This document shows, in pieces, positions 55,401-64,000 of a stretch of 64,000 bases of DNA. The stretch spans positions 362,080,001-362,144,000 of the forward strand of contig OZ024740.1 of NCBI GenBank assembly GCA_964016885.1. The letters run 5' to 3'. The stretch's first letter is position 1, and every line of letters starts with the position of its first letter. The translations under genes were made by a program, and so were the position numbers. Origin of the DNA: Eledone cirrhosa. Taxonomy: Eukaryota. A model generated the notes under the pieces. It was not told the DNA's origin, did no database searches, and saw only the letters and a program-made list of their open reading frames with translations.

Positions 55401-58400
55401 AAGGGTTTTCTTTAAGTTGTTGTAGTTAAGGATTTGTAATAAGTTATGTGTTTAGAATTATAGCCTAGGGGGCCCACCTAGACTGAGAGGAAAGCCAGGG
55501 GGGCGCCCCCCCGCCCCCTCGCTAGTTACGCCGGAGTTCTCACCCCCTTTAGAGATAGCTGTATAGAATTTTCTCTTAACACATGACTAGCCACAGGCCA
55601 GATTGTTATCTTACCCCCCCCCCCCCCCCCCTGTTCTACAAGCAAGTTCAGCCACCCCCACCTCTTGCCATGAAGGACTTTAACTATGTTTACAAAAGCT
55701 TTGACCACTCCCCATGACAGAAATGAAAAACAACTTTTAGAATTGTTTGATATGATACTATTACTCATTGCATGCCCATATATGGAATTACCCTTGAAAA
55801 GTTCAGCTAGACTATTGCTGTCCTAACTCCCCTGTGTTAGTTCAGAACAGCCGTTTGGGTCCTGACTCTTTTCCTATATATATATATATATAATTGTTTC
55901 TACTTTTGGCACAAGGCCAGCAATTAACCAGTACATTACTGGTACTTTATTTTATCGACCCCATAAGGTTGAAAGGCAAAGTTAACCTCAGCGGGATTTG
56001 AACTCAGATCGTAAAGAGACGTAACTACGCTGAAAAGCATGTCCGACCTTTCTATCAATACTGCCAAATCACCGCCCTTTATATATATATATATAATAAT
56101 AGGGTTATAGTTATCTTTATATAGTGATGTGATATTATTATACCCTCTCAAGGCTTTGTAATTAAGGACTTTGCTATCTGAATATCTGCCTCCGGCGAGC
56201 CCATCTGGGCAAAAGACGTGTAAGAACTATATAAAGATATGTTTTAACGACTTGAAACTCTTTCATTCACTCATTCTTTTGCCTATATATATATACACAC
56301 ATACATATATATAAAAGGAAGACTTTAGTTTAGTTTTGCTGTATTATTCATAAGTCTGACTATGTTAAAGCCTTGGGGCTCCAGAGGAACGAGTAGCACA
56401 CCAATCTTATTTTCTCTGGGACTGTTGCCAGATTAAAGTGCCAGAGGGGGCCCAAAATACCTGAAAGCCATGCGTTCTTAATACAGCCCGGATCTTTAGT
56501 TTATCTAATTAACTTTAAAAAAAGTATAATTGATAACTTATAGCAAGAAATATATGAAATGAAATTTAGCCATGTAATCTATTTAAAAAACAAATTTACT
56601 TAATCAAACAAAGAATTAATTATTTCATGAGACATTGAGCAAGTTCGAATTTTGAAAGTATGTTACTTTATTGTAAGTGGCCACAAGTTGGATCTCTAAA
56701 CCCCTGGAAACAGAAAAAGTGGTTTATATATCCAAATCATTTGACTATTTTATAGCTAAACTTGTATTTCAGTGAGTTAGCATACATTCAAAATTCAAAT
56801 TCCATTGAATTCAATTTCCAAATATGCATTCTACATTAAAAATATTGAAAATATAATTTAACTTTTTCAGATCCTCCAAGTACCCCAGGAGTTCCAAAAT
56901 GTGTTTCCACAACAGATGATTCCATCACATTAGAGTGGAACCCACCAAAGAAAGATGGTGGTAGTCCTCTCTTCGGTTATATTATTGAAAAGAGAGTAAA
57001 GGGAGATACCAAATGGACAAAGTAATTGTTGTTTCAAATGTTTACATTATTATTTCAATACTAGTGAAGGCATGAGGCTTAGTGGTTTGAGTGTTCAGCT
57101 CATAATTATAAAGTCATATCTTTTTTCCCAGTGGCACATTGTATACTTGAGCAAGACACCTTATTTCACATTGCTCTAATCTACTCAGCTGGAAAAACTA
57201 GTAGCATCTGTAATTCAAAGGGCCGGTGTTGTCACAGTGTCTTCCTGAAAACTATGCTCAGTCACTTGCATTTTAGATTCAAAAGCAGGCTGTTCCATTG
57301 ATCAAACAACTGGAATGCCTGTAATTGGAAATGATTGCAGTCCAACAACAACAACAATTTCAATTCTAGGAAAGGTCTATCATAATATGGTAAGCCCTCC
57401 TATTGAGCTTTTGATCTAGTTTCAAAGTTCATTTGAAACCCCTTCACTCATATCACCAATGCTCCTAGGAATGTACATTTGCAAATGTGGCAAGAATGAC
57501 TCATGTGAATGGGCCTACTCTGAGCATGTGCCTGTAGGCTGGCTGATTTGAAGAGGACAGGGATGCCTTCTCCAGGTACCCTCAAAGTATTGGGTGTTTC
57601 AGGATTGGTGGGGTACCTGAGTCACCCTTGGGTGGTTCTCCTCACTATTGAGGAATTTTCATTTCATTTTTATACATACTTTTTACGTGATTTTTTTGTA
57701 AAACTCCCATTGTCCCAGCCTATTGTATTGCACCCTATATGTAGGCCGTTGTGGCCAATAAAGAAAGAATTATTATTATCATTATTATTATTATTATTTC
57801 AGAGCTAATCATAGTGAGATTCCTGAAGAAGAATTCACTGTTAGGGGTTTGACTGAAGGAAAAGACTATGAATTTCGCGTATGTGCAGTTAATGCTGCTG
57901 GACCTGGTCAATTTAGTGAATGCTCAGAAGCTATCAAAGCACGTCCTCCACCAGGTAATTATTTTTAATAGATGAATTTATAATGTTAATAAAATTCTAT
58001 TAATTCAACTCTTTAATTTAACCCCTGCAACAAATATCTAAAAGTGTGTTAATTAATTTAAATGTTTATAGTGCCTTTACTAGTTGACAGATCATTGTGA
58101 ACATTTGCAGTATTAGAATAAAGACTTCAATTTTTAATGTAATCCAGTCATTGTACGTTTTTGTATCTTTCAAGAATGTTTTGTTAATGTGGTTTTGAAT
58201 GGTACATCACATTAAAAATTAAACTTAAATAAAAAATAATTAAACATTTATTTACACTCTCAATGATGTTTTTTTCTATAGTGGCACCCAAAATCAACTT
58301 TGATTATTTGACTAGAGATGTCATCGCAAAAATAGGAGAAGAATTTAAAATCGTTATTCCTTTTACTGGTAATCCAATTCCTGAGTCAACATGGAAACTG

Positions 58401-59965
58401 GTATGTCCTTAAACAAATCAATTGATCTAGTCTTGCAATTTTTATTTTTAATCAAACACTTGAACTTAATCTTGAATAATAAAGTAAATTAATAAATAAA
58501 GTTCAATAAAAATGTTAATTAATCTTATTTATTGATTTCTTTTGTTGTGTTAATATATACATTTATATATTTGAATAATTTTTTTGGAAATTCAAATATG
58601 CACAAAATTGATGTTTTAAAATAAGTAGCAAAAGAAACATGTTTCCTAAAATTTTATTTCAATTAGTTAAAAAAAAACTAATTGTGACTAAATAATTTAA
58701 ATCAGTGATATAACATCTAGAATCTATCACCTTTTTAATGAGATTTGTAAATACTATTATTTATTAAGGGAAAAGCTTCAGTGGCTGATGATCCTCGAGT
58801 GAAAATAAACAAGAGTCCTGATCAAATTATTATGGTTAACAAGAGAGCAGAACTTACAGATGCTGGAAAATACAATATCACTTTATCAAATGAGAAAGGA
58901 TTTGACACAGTTAGTGTGAATGTTACTATTGTTGGTAAGTTTTATGCTGTATTATCTCAACAAAAACTAAGTTTAGGATCACAAACATGATACTGGTGCA
59001 GAATGAAAATTGTTTTACTGCACATCATCATCATCATCATAGTTTGTACATCCATTTTTTCATATTTGCATGGATTAGATGACTCTCCAGTGTAACATCT
59101 CTCCTCTTATTTCCATCCTTTGGCATCTCTGCCATAAGTCGTTTTCTGTGATCAGTTTTCCCTAATTCTACCCATATTTTTTTGGTCTTCGTTTCCCATG
59201 CCATGTATGTATGTATGTATGTTATGTCGGGTCACTCTTGAGTGCTACTGGTAACATGTAACCCAGTACAACCTGTTGCATGGTTGGGTCGTCGGCGACT
59301 AAACTGGCAACCCCACCAAGGTTTCTTGGTGAGGAGGGTGACTTTGGACATCCTGCAGGACTAAAAACAAAACCTGTCAAAGAGCAAAGGAGCTCTTAAG
59401 AGTCAATCGCCATCCAAAATCACCGGCAGAGATGACCTCTTAGCCTTTGTCAAGGCAGAATTCTAGGATAAGGAAAACTCTGATATAACACCTGCAACTC
59501 TGATGGTATCCAATGATGTTGACTTGTTCTTCTTTTTGGTAAATATCATCTTGGTTAAGAGAGTGGGACTGGCTTTGTGCAGTGCCTTTGCTCACTATAA
59601 AAGCTTCACGGCACAGGCATTGCTTTATATCTGGAGATCTCTCTGCACTTGTCATCACATGGTACCATGGGCCCAGCACTATGTGTCAATAATTGTCACA
59701 AGTGTAGTGTTTGTACCAGAGTTTTCAAGTCGCTGGCTGGACTAAAAAGTCACACTCGTTCAGCGCATCGGTAGGGGTTCTCCTACATGGATATAAAGTA
59801 CTGGCCGTACTCGAAAACGAGTTGGCAGCCACCATATGTATGTATATATATATATATGTATATATATATATGTATGTATATATACATATATATGTATATA
59901 TACATATATATGTATGTATATATACATGTATATATACATATATCTGTATGTATATATATATATGC

Positions 59966-59997
<32 letters not shown>

Positions 59998-60029
59998 TTA
60001 TATATATGTATGTATATATATATGTATGC

Positions 60030-60063
<34 letters not shown>

Positions 60064-63000
60064 GTATGTATATATATATGTATGCATATGTATATATATG
60101 CATATGTATATATATATATGTATGCATATGTATGCATATGTATGTATGCATATGTATGCATATGTATATATATATGTATATATATATATATATGTATGTA
60201 TATGTATATATATATATATGTATGTATATATATATATGTATGTATGTATATATATATATATGTATGTATATATATATATGTATGTATGTAAATATATATA
60301 TATGTATATATACATATGTATGTATGTATATATATATATACATATATGTATGTATATATATACATATATATGTCTATATATATGCATATATATATCTATA
60401 TATAAGTATATATAATTGGATACTTAGTAAAATCGATGTGCTTTATTTTATCGACCCCGTAAGGATGAAAGGCAAAAATTAATCTCGGCGGGATTTGAAC
60501 TCAGAACATAAAGGGCCATAACTCTATGCTGCAAAGCATGGTTTCTGACGTTTTACTGATACTGCCAATCCACTGCCCTTGAAATATTAGGCCAGCCACC
60601 GGATGCCGAAACTAAGAGAAATAATTGTTTCTATTTTTAGCACAAGGCCAGCAAAAACCCAGTGCATTACTGGTACTTTATTTTATCGATCCCGTAAGGA
60701 TGAAAGGCAAAGTTAACCTCGGCGGGATTTGAACTCAGAATGGCTTGATAGCAAACATCAATCATAACTTTTATTCATATTTACTTTGGAATTATCATAT
60801 GCTTTCTATTAATTTTTAGACTCCCCTGGTAAACCAGAAGGTCCATTGGAAATATCAGAGATCACTCCTGATTCCTGTTGTCTAACTTGGAATCCACCAA
60901 AGGTTTGTAACTTTAATGTATTTCTAAAAACATAATGTCATTCTTTTCAGTATTAATTTAATGTTTTCATCCTTATCAGGCTTACAAAATATATATAAGC
61001 AGTTCCCAGCCTGGGGTTAATGAACCACTGGGTATCTGTTAAGGCAGTACTGGAGGTCCATGATATAAATTTAGAATTTCAAGTACTTTGTTAAACAATC
61101 ATATATATGCAGTATCTTCTCTAAGTTTAAACATTTATAACTTTTGATTATTATTATTGCCATATACAAATCTGGTTGGGGGAGCATTTGTAGCAGGTGG
61201 TGGACCTTTCATAAAGGAAATTATTTGGGCTCTTAACATCATTAGCAAGAAATTCTTGAAAATTTAAAACAGCACACTGACTGATTGACATATATAAGTC
61301 TTTACGTTAGCTTACTATAAATTTTCACAATGATCTGTCCACTAGTGGACATTCTTGAAAAGTACAAAACAGAACTATGACTGCATTACATTAACAACTA
61401 AAGTCTTTAGTCTCATACTACAAATTTTCTCAGTGACCTGTCCAGTAATAAAGATATTATAAAACAGTATTAAAAAAATAGTATAAAAATAAAATAATCA
61501 TATTAAAACCATAAACCTAAACGCTACTCAGTTACTTCAGGAACAGCGACTGGCATTGTTAAAGTTATGAAAACTCTCTCTCTTCTGTTAACACAACACA
61601 CATCAGATAGTTTTATATAGCCAAGGTAGATAACTAAGGTAAGAAATATCTGAGTAGTCTCCCATAAAATTATGGATTTAAAAAAAAAATTTCTTTGGTT
61701 TTTAGATAACATTAGTAGATTTTTTTTTTTTTTTTGCAAGAAAGAAATTAGAATATTAGAATCTTTAAAAAAAAGTATTATTAATGTATTATTATTAACA
61801 AATGAAATGGATGTAGCTGAGAGTCACGACGTTATTATATTACTGAGAATTGATTTCTGTTATATGACAATGTCCAACCACTAAAATTAAATAAGTGAAA
61901 CACAAGTATTAATTTTTATTATCCAGAATTATGTTTTTGCTTGATTAACCTTTTTGACACCAACCCACATAAGAATGCCTCTAATTCAATGATTCAAAGT
62001 TGTTTATTTTAAAGGGCTTTTTATGTATCTAAAAACCGTCAACTATAAGAGCATTTGTTAAGCTATGTGAGTATAAAATTAAAATTATTATATATATTTT
62101 TTAGGATAATGGAGGCAGTATAGTTTCAAACTATGTTGTTGAAAGAATGGATGTTGCAAAAGGCAAGTGGGAACCATGTAGTCGATTTGTACGTGGTACA
62201 ACATATGAAGTGATGGGTTTAACAGAAGGACAGAGCTATAAATTCCGTGTGTCTGCTGAAAATGAATATGGTGTAGGAGAGCCTCTTGAGTCAACACAAC
62301 CCATTGTTGCAGCTCATCAATACAGTAAGTAATAATGAACTGCCTGATTATCACATTCTGATAGGCTTAATTCCCCTTTTTAAATGATAAAAATGGAATT
62401 TTTTTGAAACTAACAAAGTTAAAGGGTTCAGTGGATGCTTTATTTATTTTTGACCATGAAAATAACCAAATAAGTTGGGCACATAAGGCCCTAGAGATGG
62501 AAAAGTCTCCAGGGGATTATGTGCCCAACTTGTTAGACTATTTTCATTGTAAAAAAGAAAAAAAAACAATATAGAATGTACTGAGTGCTATTTAGTGAGT
62601 CACTGGCATGTATATATACACATGATGAAATCTTCAAATAGAACAATGTTTCTTGTTTCCATTTTAAATAATTACAATCAATAAGCATACATGTAATTCT
62701 GAATAGGAAAATAATTGAACTTTATATGGTTCATATGAAATGAAAATTTCTTGTTACTTTCTTTTAATTATTAGCTACTCCTCAAGCACCAGCAACTCCA
62801 GAAATAATGGATGTTGATGAGAAGTCTGTTAGTTTAGCATGGTCACGTCCTAAAGATGATGGAGGAAAGAAGGTCCAAGGATATATTGTAGAATACAAAG
62901 AAGCTGGAACCAATAAATGGAAACCAGCAACAGACTTTGCTGTTAAAGATACAATGTTCACAGGTACATACTTATTTAACAAACTCTCTTTCTCTCAGCA

Positions 63001-63485
63001 ACTAAATTGGCAAATACTATTGGTAGTATGTTCATTAAAATGATTTAAATGGATAATTTGAAACAAATTTTCTTATATTCCTTAAGTGTACATACACCAC
63101 AGGGAATTATTTTAAATGTAAATAAAATATTAATTTCTTATTTAATAGAAAATTATGATGTATAAAAATTTTACTATTAAGAAGTAAAATTGATGTAGAA
63201 TGAATTAAGAGTTGTTTATATTTTTCCTTTTAACTTTTTTAATGTTTGAAGACAATATGAATGATGCTTTTTAATTATTACACTCTATGATGATTTTTCT
63301 GTATGTTATATAACATTTTACAGTTGTTATCTTACATTAAAAGATTAATTATAATTATAATTTCTTTTTAGTTGAAGGACTAAAGAAAGATAACGAATAT
63401 GAATTCAGAGTTAGAGCCAAGAACATCGCTGGTGTAGGTGAACCAAGTAATAGTACAGGAACAGTTATGTGCAAGCCTAAATACA
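10298..63485 (+). CDS. unc-22: Twitchin (unc-22/projectin/mini-titin) gene, internal part: 36 exons, about 2012 aa, D1 linker + Ig and FnIII domains; both gene ends outside the window
   Basis: 36 exons with AG/GT boundaries and compatible phases give one continuous ORF. The order linker-Ig4-(IgFn2)2-IgFn3-IgFn2-IgFn2 matches molluscan twitchin as I recall it. FnIII motifs WxPPxxDGG and YxFRVxAxN; Ig motif DxGxY. Confidence 0.95.
11515..11673 (+). mobile_element. SINE, same family
   Basis: gagttcaaatctcgccgaggttaactttgcctttcatcc...agtagaaacaatt. Confidence 0.8.
13291..13880. repeat. Long inverted repeat (arms about 13291-13440 and 13731-13880)
   Basis: Arms are near-exact reverse complements (e.g. 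ttgaatgacacattttatgatt / aatcataaaatgtgtcattcaa) apart from one small indel and a few substitutions. Confidence 0.9.
15075..15275. repeat. (TA)n/(CA)n low-complexity tract
   Basis: Direct reading. Confidence 0.85.
19824..19862 (+). CDS. Candidate 39-nt cassette exon, or 3' part of an alternative first exon (ATG at 19839: MADDKISG)
   Basis: ttag acceptor, GGT|gtatgt donor, in frame (phase 0) with exon 20761. Confidence 0.45.
20761..21028 (+). CDS. unc-22: Twitchin exon, Ig domain ([11 protein letters not shown]...GWLYVE)
   Basis: ttttag acceptor, G|gtaaat donor; EDGGKYIC Ig motif. Confidence 0.95.
21102..21285 (-). mobile_element. tRNA-derived SINE with Meta/MESC-like central domain (young family)
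   Basis: B-box-like GAGTTCAAATCCCGC and core GCCTTTCATCCTTACGGGGTCGATAAAATAAAGTACCAG; at least 12 near-identical copies in the window; domain name from memory. Confidence 0.8.
21362..21790 (-). mobile_element. CR1-clade LINE 3' fragment
   Basis: [17 protein letters not shown]..., [20 protein letters not shown]...ASFK; degraded; approximate ends. Confidence 0.8.
22298..22589. mobile_element. Tc1/mariner (pogo/Tigger-like) MITE
   Basis: TA TSDs; TIRs CAGTGGAACCTCAGTT / AACCGAGGTTCCCCTG. Confidence 0.8.
22827..22966 (+). CDS. unc-22: Twitchin exon, Ig N-half
   Basis: ttgtag / gtaaaa; [12 protein letters not shown]...[15 protein letters not shown]; phase 1-0. Confidence 0.93.
23785..23923 (+). 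CDS. unc-22: Twitchin exon, Ig C-half
   Basis: tttag / gtaagt; [11 protein letters not shown]; phase 0-1. Confidence 0.93.
24736..24857 (+). CDS. unc-22: Twitchin exon, Ig N-half
   Basis: ttacag / gtatat; [12 protein letters not shown]...VKWMKGDK. Confidence 0.93.
25800..25953 (+). CDS. unc-22: Twitchin exon, Ig C-half
   Basis: ttccag / gtaagt; [10 protein letters not shown]. Confidence 0.93.
27006..27147 (+). CDS. unc-22: Twitchin exon, Ig N-half
   Basis: tttaag / gtatat; [13 protein letters not shown]...WTKDGKPL; phase 1-2. Confidence 0.92.
29084..29211 (+). CDS. unc-22: Twitchin exon, Ig C-half
   Basis: ttatag / gtaagt; [11 protein letters not shown]; phase 2-1. Confidence 0.92.
29648..29740 (+). 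CDS. unc-22: Twitchin exon, Ig N-part
   Basis: tttcag / gtaatt; [21 protein letters not shown]. Confidence 0.92.
30200..30750 (+). mobile_element. Degraded CRE-like (restriction-endonuclease-type non-LTR) RT fragment
   Basis: ALRTF..., G.DGL.PSHLKDL, and [26 protein letters not shown] (compare LxKKDGGIRPIAVG..LRRL); approximate ends. Confidence 0.65.
30879..31073 (+). CDS. unc-22: Twitchin exon, Ig C-part
   Basis: tattag / gtaatt; [16 protein letters not shown]. Confidence 0.94.
31652..31951 (+). CDS. unc-22: Twitchin exon, FnIII
   Basis: ttgcag / gtaagt; [18 protein letters not shown]. Confidence 0.95.
32564..32715 (+). CDS. unc-22: Twitchin exon, FnIII N-half
   Basis: tctcag / gtaaac; [15 protein letters not shown]. 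Confidence 0.93.
33471..33746 (+). CDS. unc-22: Twitchin exon, FnIII C-half + Ig N-half
   Basis: tattag / gtaagc; [12 protein letters not shown]...GEPPPTVTW. Confidence 0.94.
34669..34840 (+). CDS. unc-22: Twitchin exon, Ig C-half
   Basis: ttacag / gtaagt; [16 protein letters not shown]. Confidence 0.94.
36334..36439 (+). CDS. unc-22: Twitchin exon, FnIII N-part
   Basis: ttctag / gtaagt; [10 protein letters not shown]...WKPPADKGG. Confidence 0.93.
37216..37412 (+). CDS. unc-22: Twitchin exon, FnIII C-part
   Basis: ttgcag / gtaagc; [12 protein letters not shown]...AKNPF. Confidence 0.94.
38158..38330 (+). CDS. unc-22: Twitchin exon, FnIII N-half
   Basis: tttcag / gtaagc; [15 protein letters not shown]. 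Confidence 0.94.
38614..39040 (-). mobile_element. Two SINE copies, same family (about 38614-38790 and 38924-39040)
   Basis: Near-identical to the 21102 copy. Confidence 0.75.
39346..40412 (-). mobile_element. 5'-truncated RTE-clade LINE (RT C-terminal part, Cys-rich insert, (GAT)n tail)
   Basis: [49 protein letters not shown]; (CAT)n tail on +; possible TSD TATATAC. Confidence 0.9.
40917..41046 (+). CDS. unc-22: Twitchin exon, FnIII C-half
   Basis: ttttag / gtaatt; [12 protein letters not shown]. Confidence 0.94.
41886..42034 (+). CDS. unc-22: Twitchin exon, Ig N-half
   Basis: ttgcag / gtaagt; KPKVNLDNL...GAPAPTVIW. Confidence 0.94.
42378..42513 (+). CDS. unc-22: Twitchin exon, Ig C-half
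   Basis: tttcag / gtaaga; [16 protein letters not shown]. Confidence 0.94.
42714..42821 (+). CDS. unc-22: Twitchin exon, FnIII N-part
   Basis: tttcag / gtaagc; WNPPEDLGG. Confidence 0.93.
42927..43118 (+). CDS. unc-22: Twitchin exon, FnIII C-part
   Basis: tttcag / gtaagt; [12 protein letters not shown]. Confidence 0.94.
43358..43483. repeat. Perfect 63-bp tandem duplication
   Basis: agaagaccatattccagtag...tttagactgctcat occurs twice. Confidence 0.95.
43798..43902 (+). CDS. unc-22: Twitchin exon, FnIII N-part
   Basis: ttacag / gtaaat; [12 protein letters not shown]. Confidence 0.93.
45151..45348 (+). CDS. unc-22: Twitchin exon, FnIII C-part
   Basis: ttttag / gtaagt; [14 protein letters not shown]. 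Confidence 0.94.
45775..46074 (+). CDS. unc-22: Twitchin exon, FnIII
   Basis: tttaaag / gtaagc; [15 protein letters not shown]...FRVIAEN. Confidence 0.94.
46549..46706 (+). CDS. unc-22: Twitchin exon, Ig N-half
   Basis: ttttag / gtaatt; KPTIDLSG...GVPKPTATW. Confidence 0.94.
47169..47292 (+). CDS. unc-22: Twitchin exon, Ig C-half
   Basis: attcag / gtaagt; [16 protein letters not shown]. Confidence 0.94.
47510..47770. repeat. Degenerate minisatellite of about 45 bp units within an RTE-tailed SINE-like repeat; related arrays at 44230-44500 and 46245-46310
   Basis: Recurrent unit accactttacagagtg..ctgggtgtattttatcatggcaccagcact. Confidence 0.65.
47993..48295 (+). CDS. unc-22: Twitchin exon, FnIII
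   Basis: ttttag / gtaagt; WQPPKDDGG...YDFRVMAEN. Confidence 0.95.
50131..50488 (-). repeat. 3' LTR
   Basis: Direct repeat of 51854-52209; ends ...CGCTATA instead of CA. Confidence 0.9.
51854..52209 (-). repeat. 5' LTR
   Basis: TGTAGCGG...CGCTACA termini; TATA-like CTATAAAA and ATTAAA on the minus strand; about 305 bp identical to the other LTR. Confidence 0.9.
55089..55290 (-). pseudogene. C-terminal fragment of a second, Charlie/Buster (SCAND3/ZBED8-like) hAT transposase
   Basis: [12 protein letters not shown]...[23 protein letters not shown]...QSQGSH* matches the Charlie/Buster C-terminus as I recall it. Confidence 0.75.
55891..56077 (-). mobile_element. SINE, same family
   Basis: Near-identical to the 21102 copy, flanked by (TA)n. 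Confidence 0.8.
56871..57021 (+). CDS. unc-22: Twitchin exon, FnIII N-half
   Basis: tttcag / gtaatt; [15 protein letters not shown]; phase 1-2. Confidence 0.94.
57066..57352 (+). mobile_element. Second tRNA-derived SINE family (related copies about 28020-28290 on minus, 44625-45060, 63540-63990)
   Basis: A-box-like GGCTTAGTGG head, CORE-like cttgagcaagacaccttatttcaca, shared tgtaattcaaagggcc motif, (CAA)n tail. Confidence 0.6.
57803..57954 (+). CDS. unc-22: Twitchin exon, FnIII C-half
   Basis: tttcag / gtaatt; [14 protein letters not shown]. Confidence 0.94.
58282..58400 (+). CDS. unc-22: Twitchin exon, Ig N-half
   Basis: ctatag / gtatgt; APKINF...GNPIPESTW. Confidence 0.93.
58769..58934 (+). 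CDS. unc-22: Twitchin exon, Ig C-half
   Basis: attaag / gtaagt; [15 protein letters not shown]. Confidence 0.93.
59226..59832 (+). repeat. Interspersed repeat, related to 23990-24422 (minus strand)
   Basis: Shared ggtaacatgtaacccagtacaacctg...gactaaac...caacccc; both copies are flanked by (TATG)n. Confidence 0.7.
59834..60413. repeat. Compound (TA)n/(TATG)n microsatellite
   Basis: Direct reading. Confidence 0.95.
60438..60740 (-). mobile_element. Two adjacent SINE copies, same family
   Basis: Two copies of tttatcgaccccgtaaggatgaaaggcaaa...ggatttgaactcag. Confidence 0.8.
60820..60902 (+). CDS. unc-22: Twitchin exon, FnIII N-part
   Basis: ttttag / gtttgt; [13 protein letters not shown]...WNPPK. 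Confidence 0.93.
62105..62324 (+). CDS. unc-22: Twitchin exon, FnIII C-part
   Basis: ttttag / gtaagt; [14 protein letters not shown]. Confidence 0.94.
62775..62963 (+). CDS. unc-22: Twitchin exon, FnIII N-part
   Basis: tattag / gtacat; WSRPKDDGG. Confidence 0.94.
63372..63485 (+). CDS. unc-22: Twitchin exon, FnIII C-part
   Basis: ttttag / gtgagt; [14 protein letters not shown]. Confidence 0.94.
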
Positions 63486-64000
63486 GTGAGTATCTAGGCA
63501 TTTGTATTTTAACCTTATTGTGATCTATGTAGACATAAGCATGGGTGAGGAAGTAAGGAGTTCACTTTGCAATCAAGCTCTAAGTTCCATCCCACTGTGT
63601 GTGATCATAGGCAAGTGACTTTAACATAACCTTGGACAACTCAAGTCTTTTGAGTAAAATTGGGTAAACAGAAACTATGTGGAAGCCCATCAGATGGATT
63701 GTACTGTACCTGTAATTCAAAAGTTCAACCTTGCTACATATTGTATCATCATGATTTGGCTGGAGAATTATGTTAAAGGTACAGATATCTGTGGAATACT
63801 CAACCACTTACACTAGAAGATAGATTGTACATGTAATTCAAAGGTCCAGCATTGTCTGTCATGCTGATTTTATCTAAAAATTATGTTATCTTTGGAGTAC
63901 TCAACTACTTTTTGTTACTTCATAAGTCAGAGGTCTTTTTATTGAACAACTGAATGTTCATCATCGAAGTTAGCAGGGGATCCATCAGTTTAATAGAAAA

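Larger units (their letters stand above)
48994..55536 (-). mobile_element. hAT DNA transposon (Tip100/ZMYM1-like), full length, inactivated
   Basis: TIRs CAGTGGCGTAACTAGC / GCTAGTTACGCCGGAG; 8-bp TSD TTCTCACC (48986-48993, 55537-55544); subterminal GGGGGCCC motifs; hAT transposase inside. Confidence 0.93.

Noticed and set aside
59711-60482. ORFs of up to 234 aa in all frames
   Set aside because: Microsatellite artefacts.
20761-63485. Titin or myosin-binding protein C assignment
   Set aside because: The Ig-Fn2/Fn3 pattern and the D1 motif match molluscan twitchin rather than titin super-repeats or MyBP-C.

Overview
AT-rich, microsatellite- and SINE-rich eukaryotic genomic DNA, most likely a coleoid cephalopod such as octopus (inferred from the repeat landscape and the molluscan-type twitchin). 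The window lies inside one giant muscle gene on the + strand: twitchin (unc-22/projectin family). I traced 36 GT-AG exons from 10298 to 63485 that join in one open frame (6037 nt, about 2012 aa). The domain order is PKA-site linker ([13 protein letters not shown], the molluscan D1 site)-Ig4-(IgFn2)2-IgFn3-IgFn2-IgFn2; the N-terminus and kinase lie outside the window. The two roughly 10 kb intronic stretches around the D1 exon hold several frame-preserving candidate microexons, one of which may be an alternative first exon (MADDKISG). One intron holds a 6.5 kb hAT (Tip100/ZMYM1-like) transposon with an 8-bp TSD. Its transposase is split by a young, non-coding 2.1 kb LTR element with an unusual extended tRNA-Trp primer-binding site and LTRs that differ only in U5. 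Other introns contain RTE, CR1 and CRE LINE fragments, SINEs, piggyBac/hAT/Tigger MITEs, long inverted repeats and microsatellites. All family assignments come from motif recognition, not database searches.
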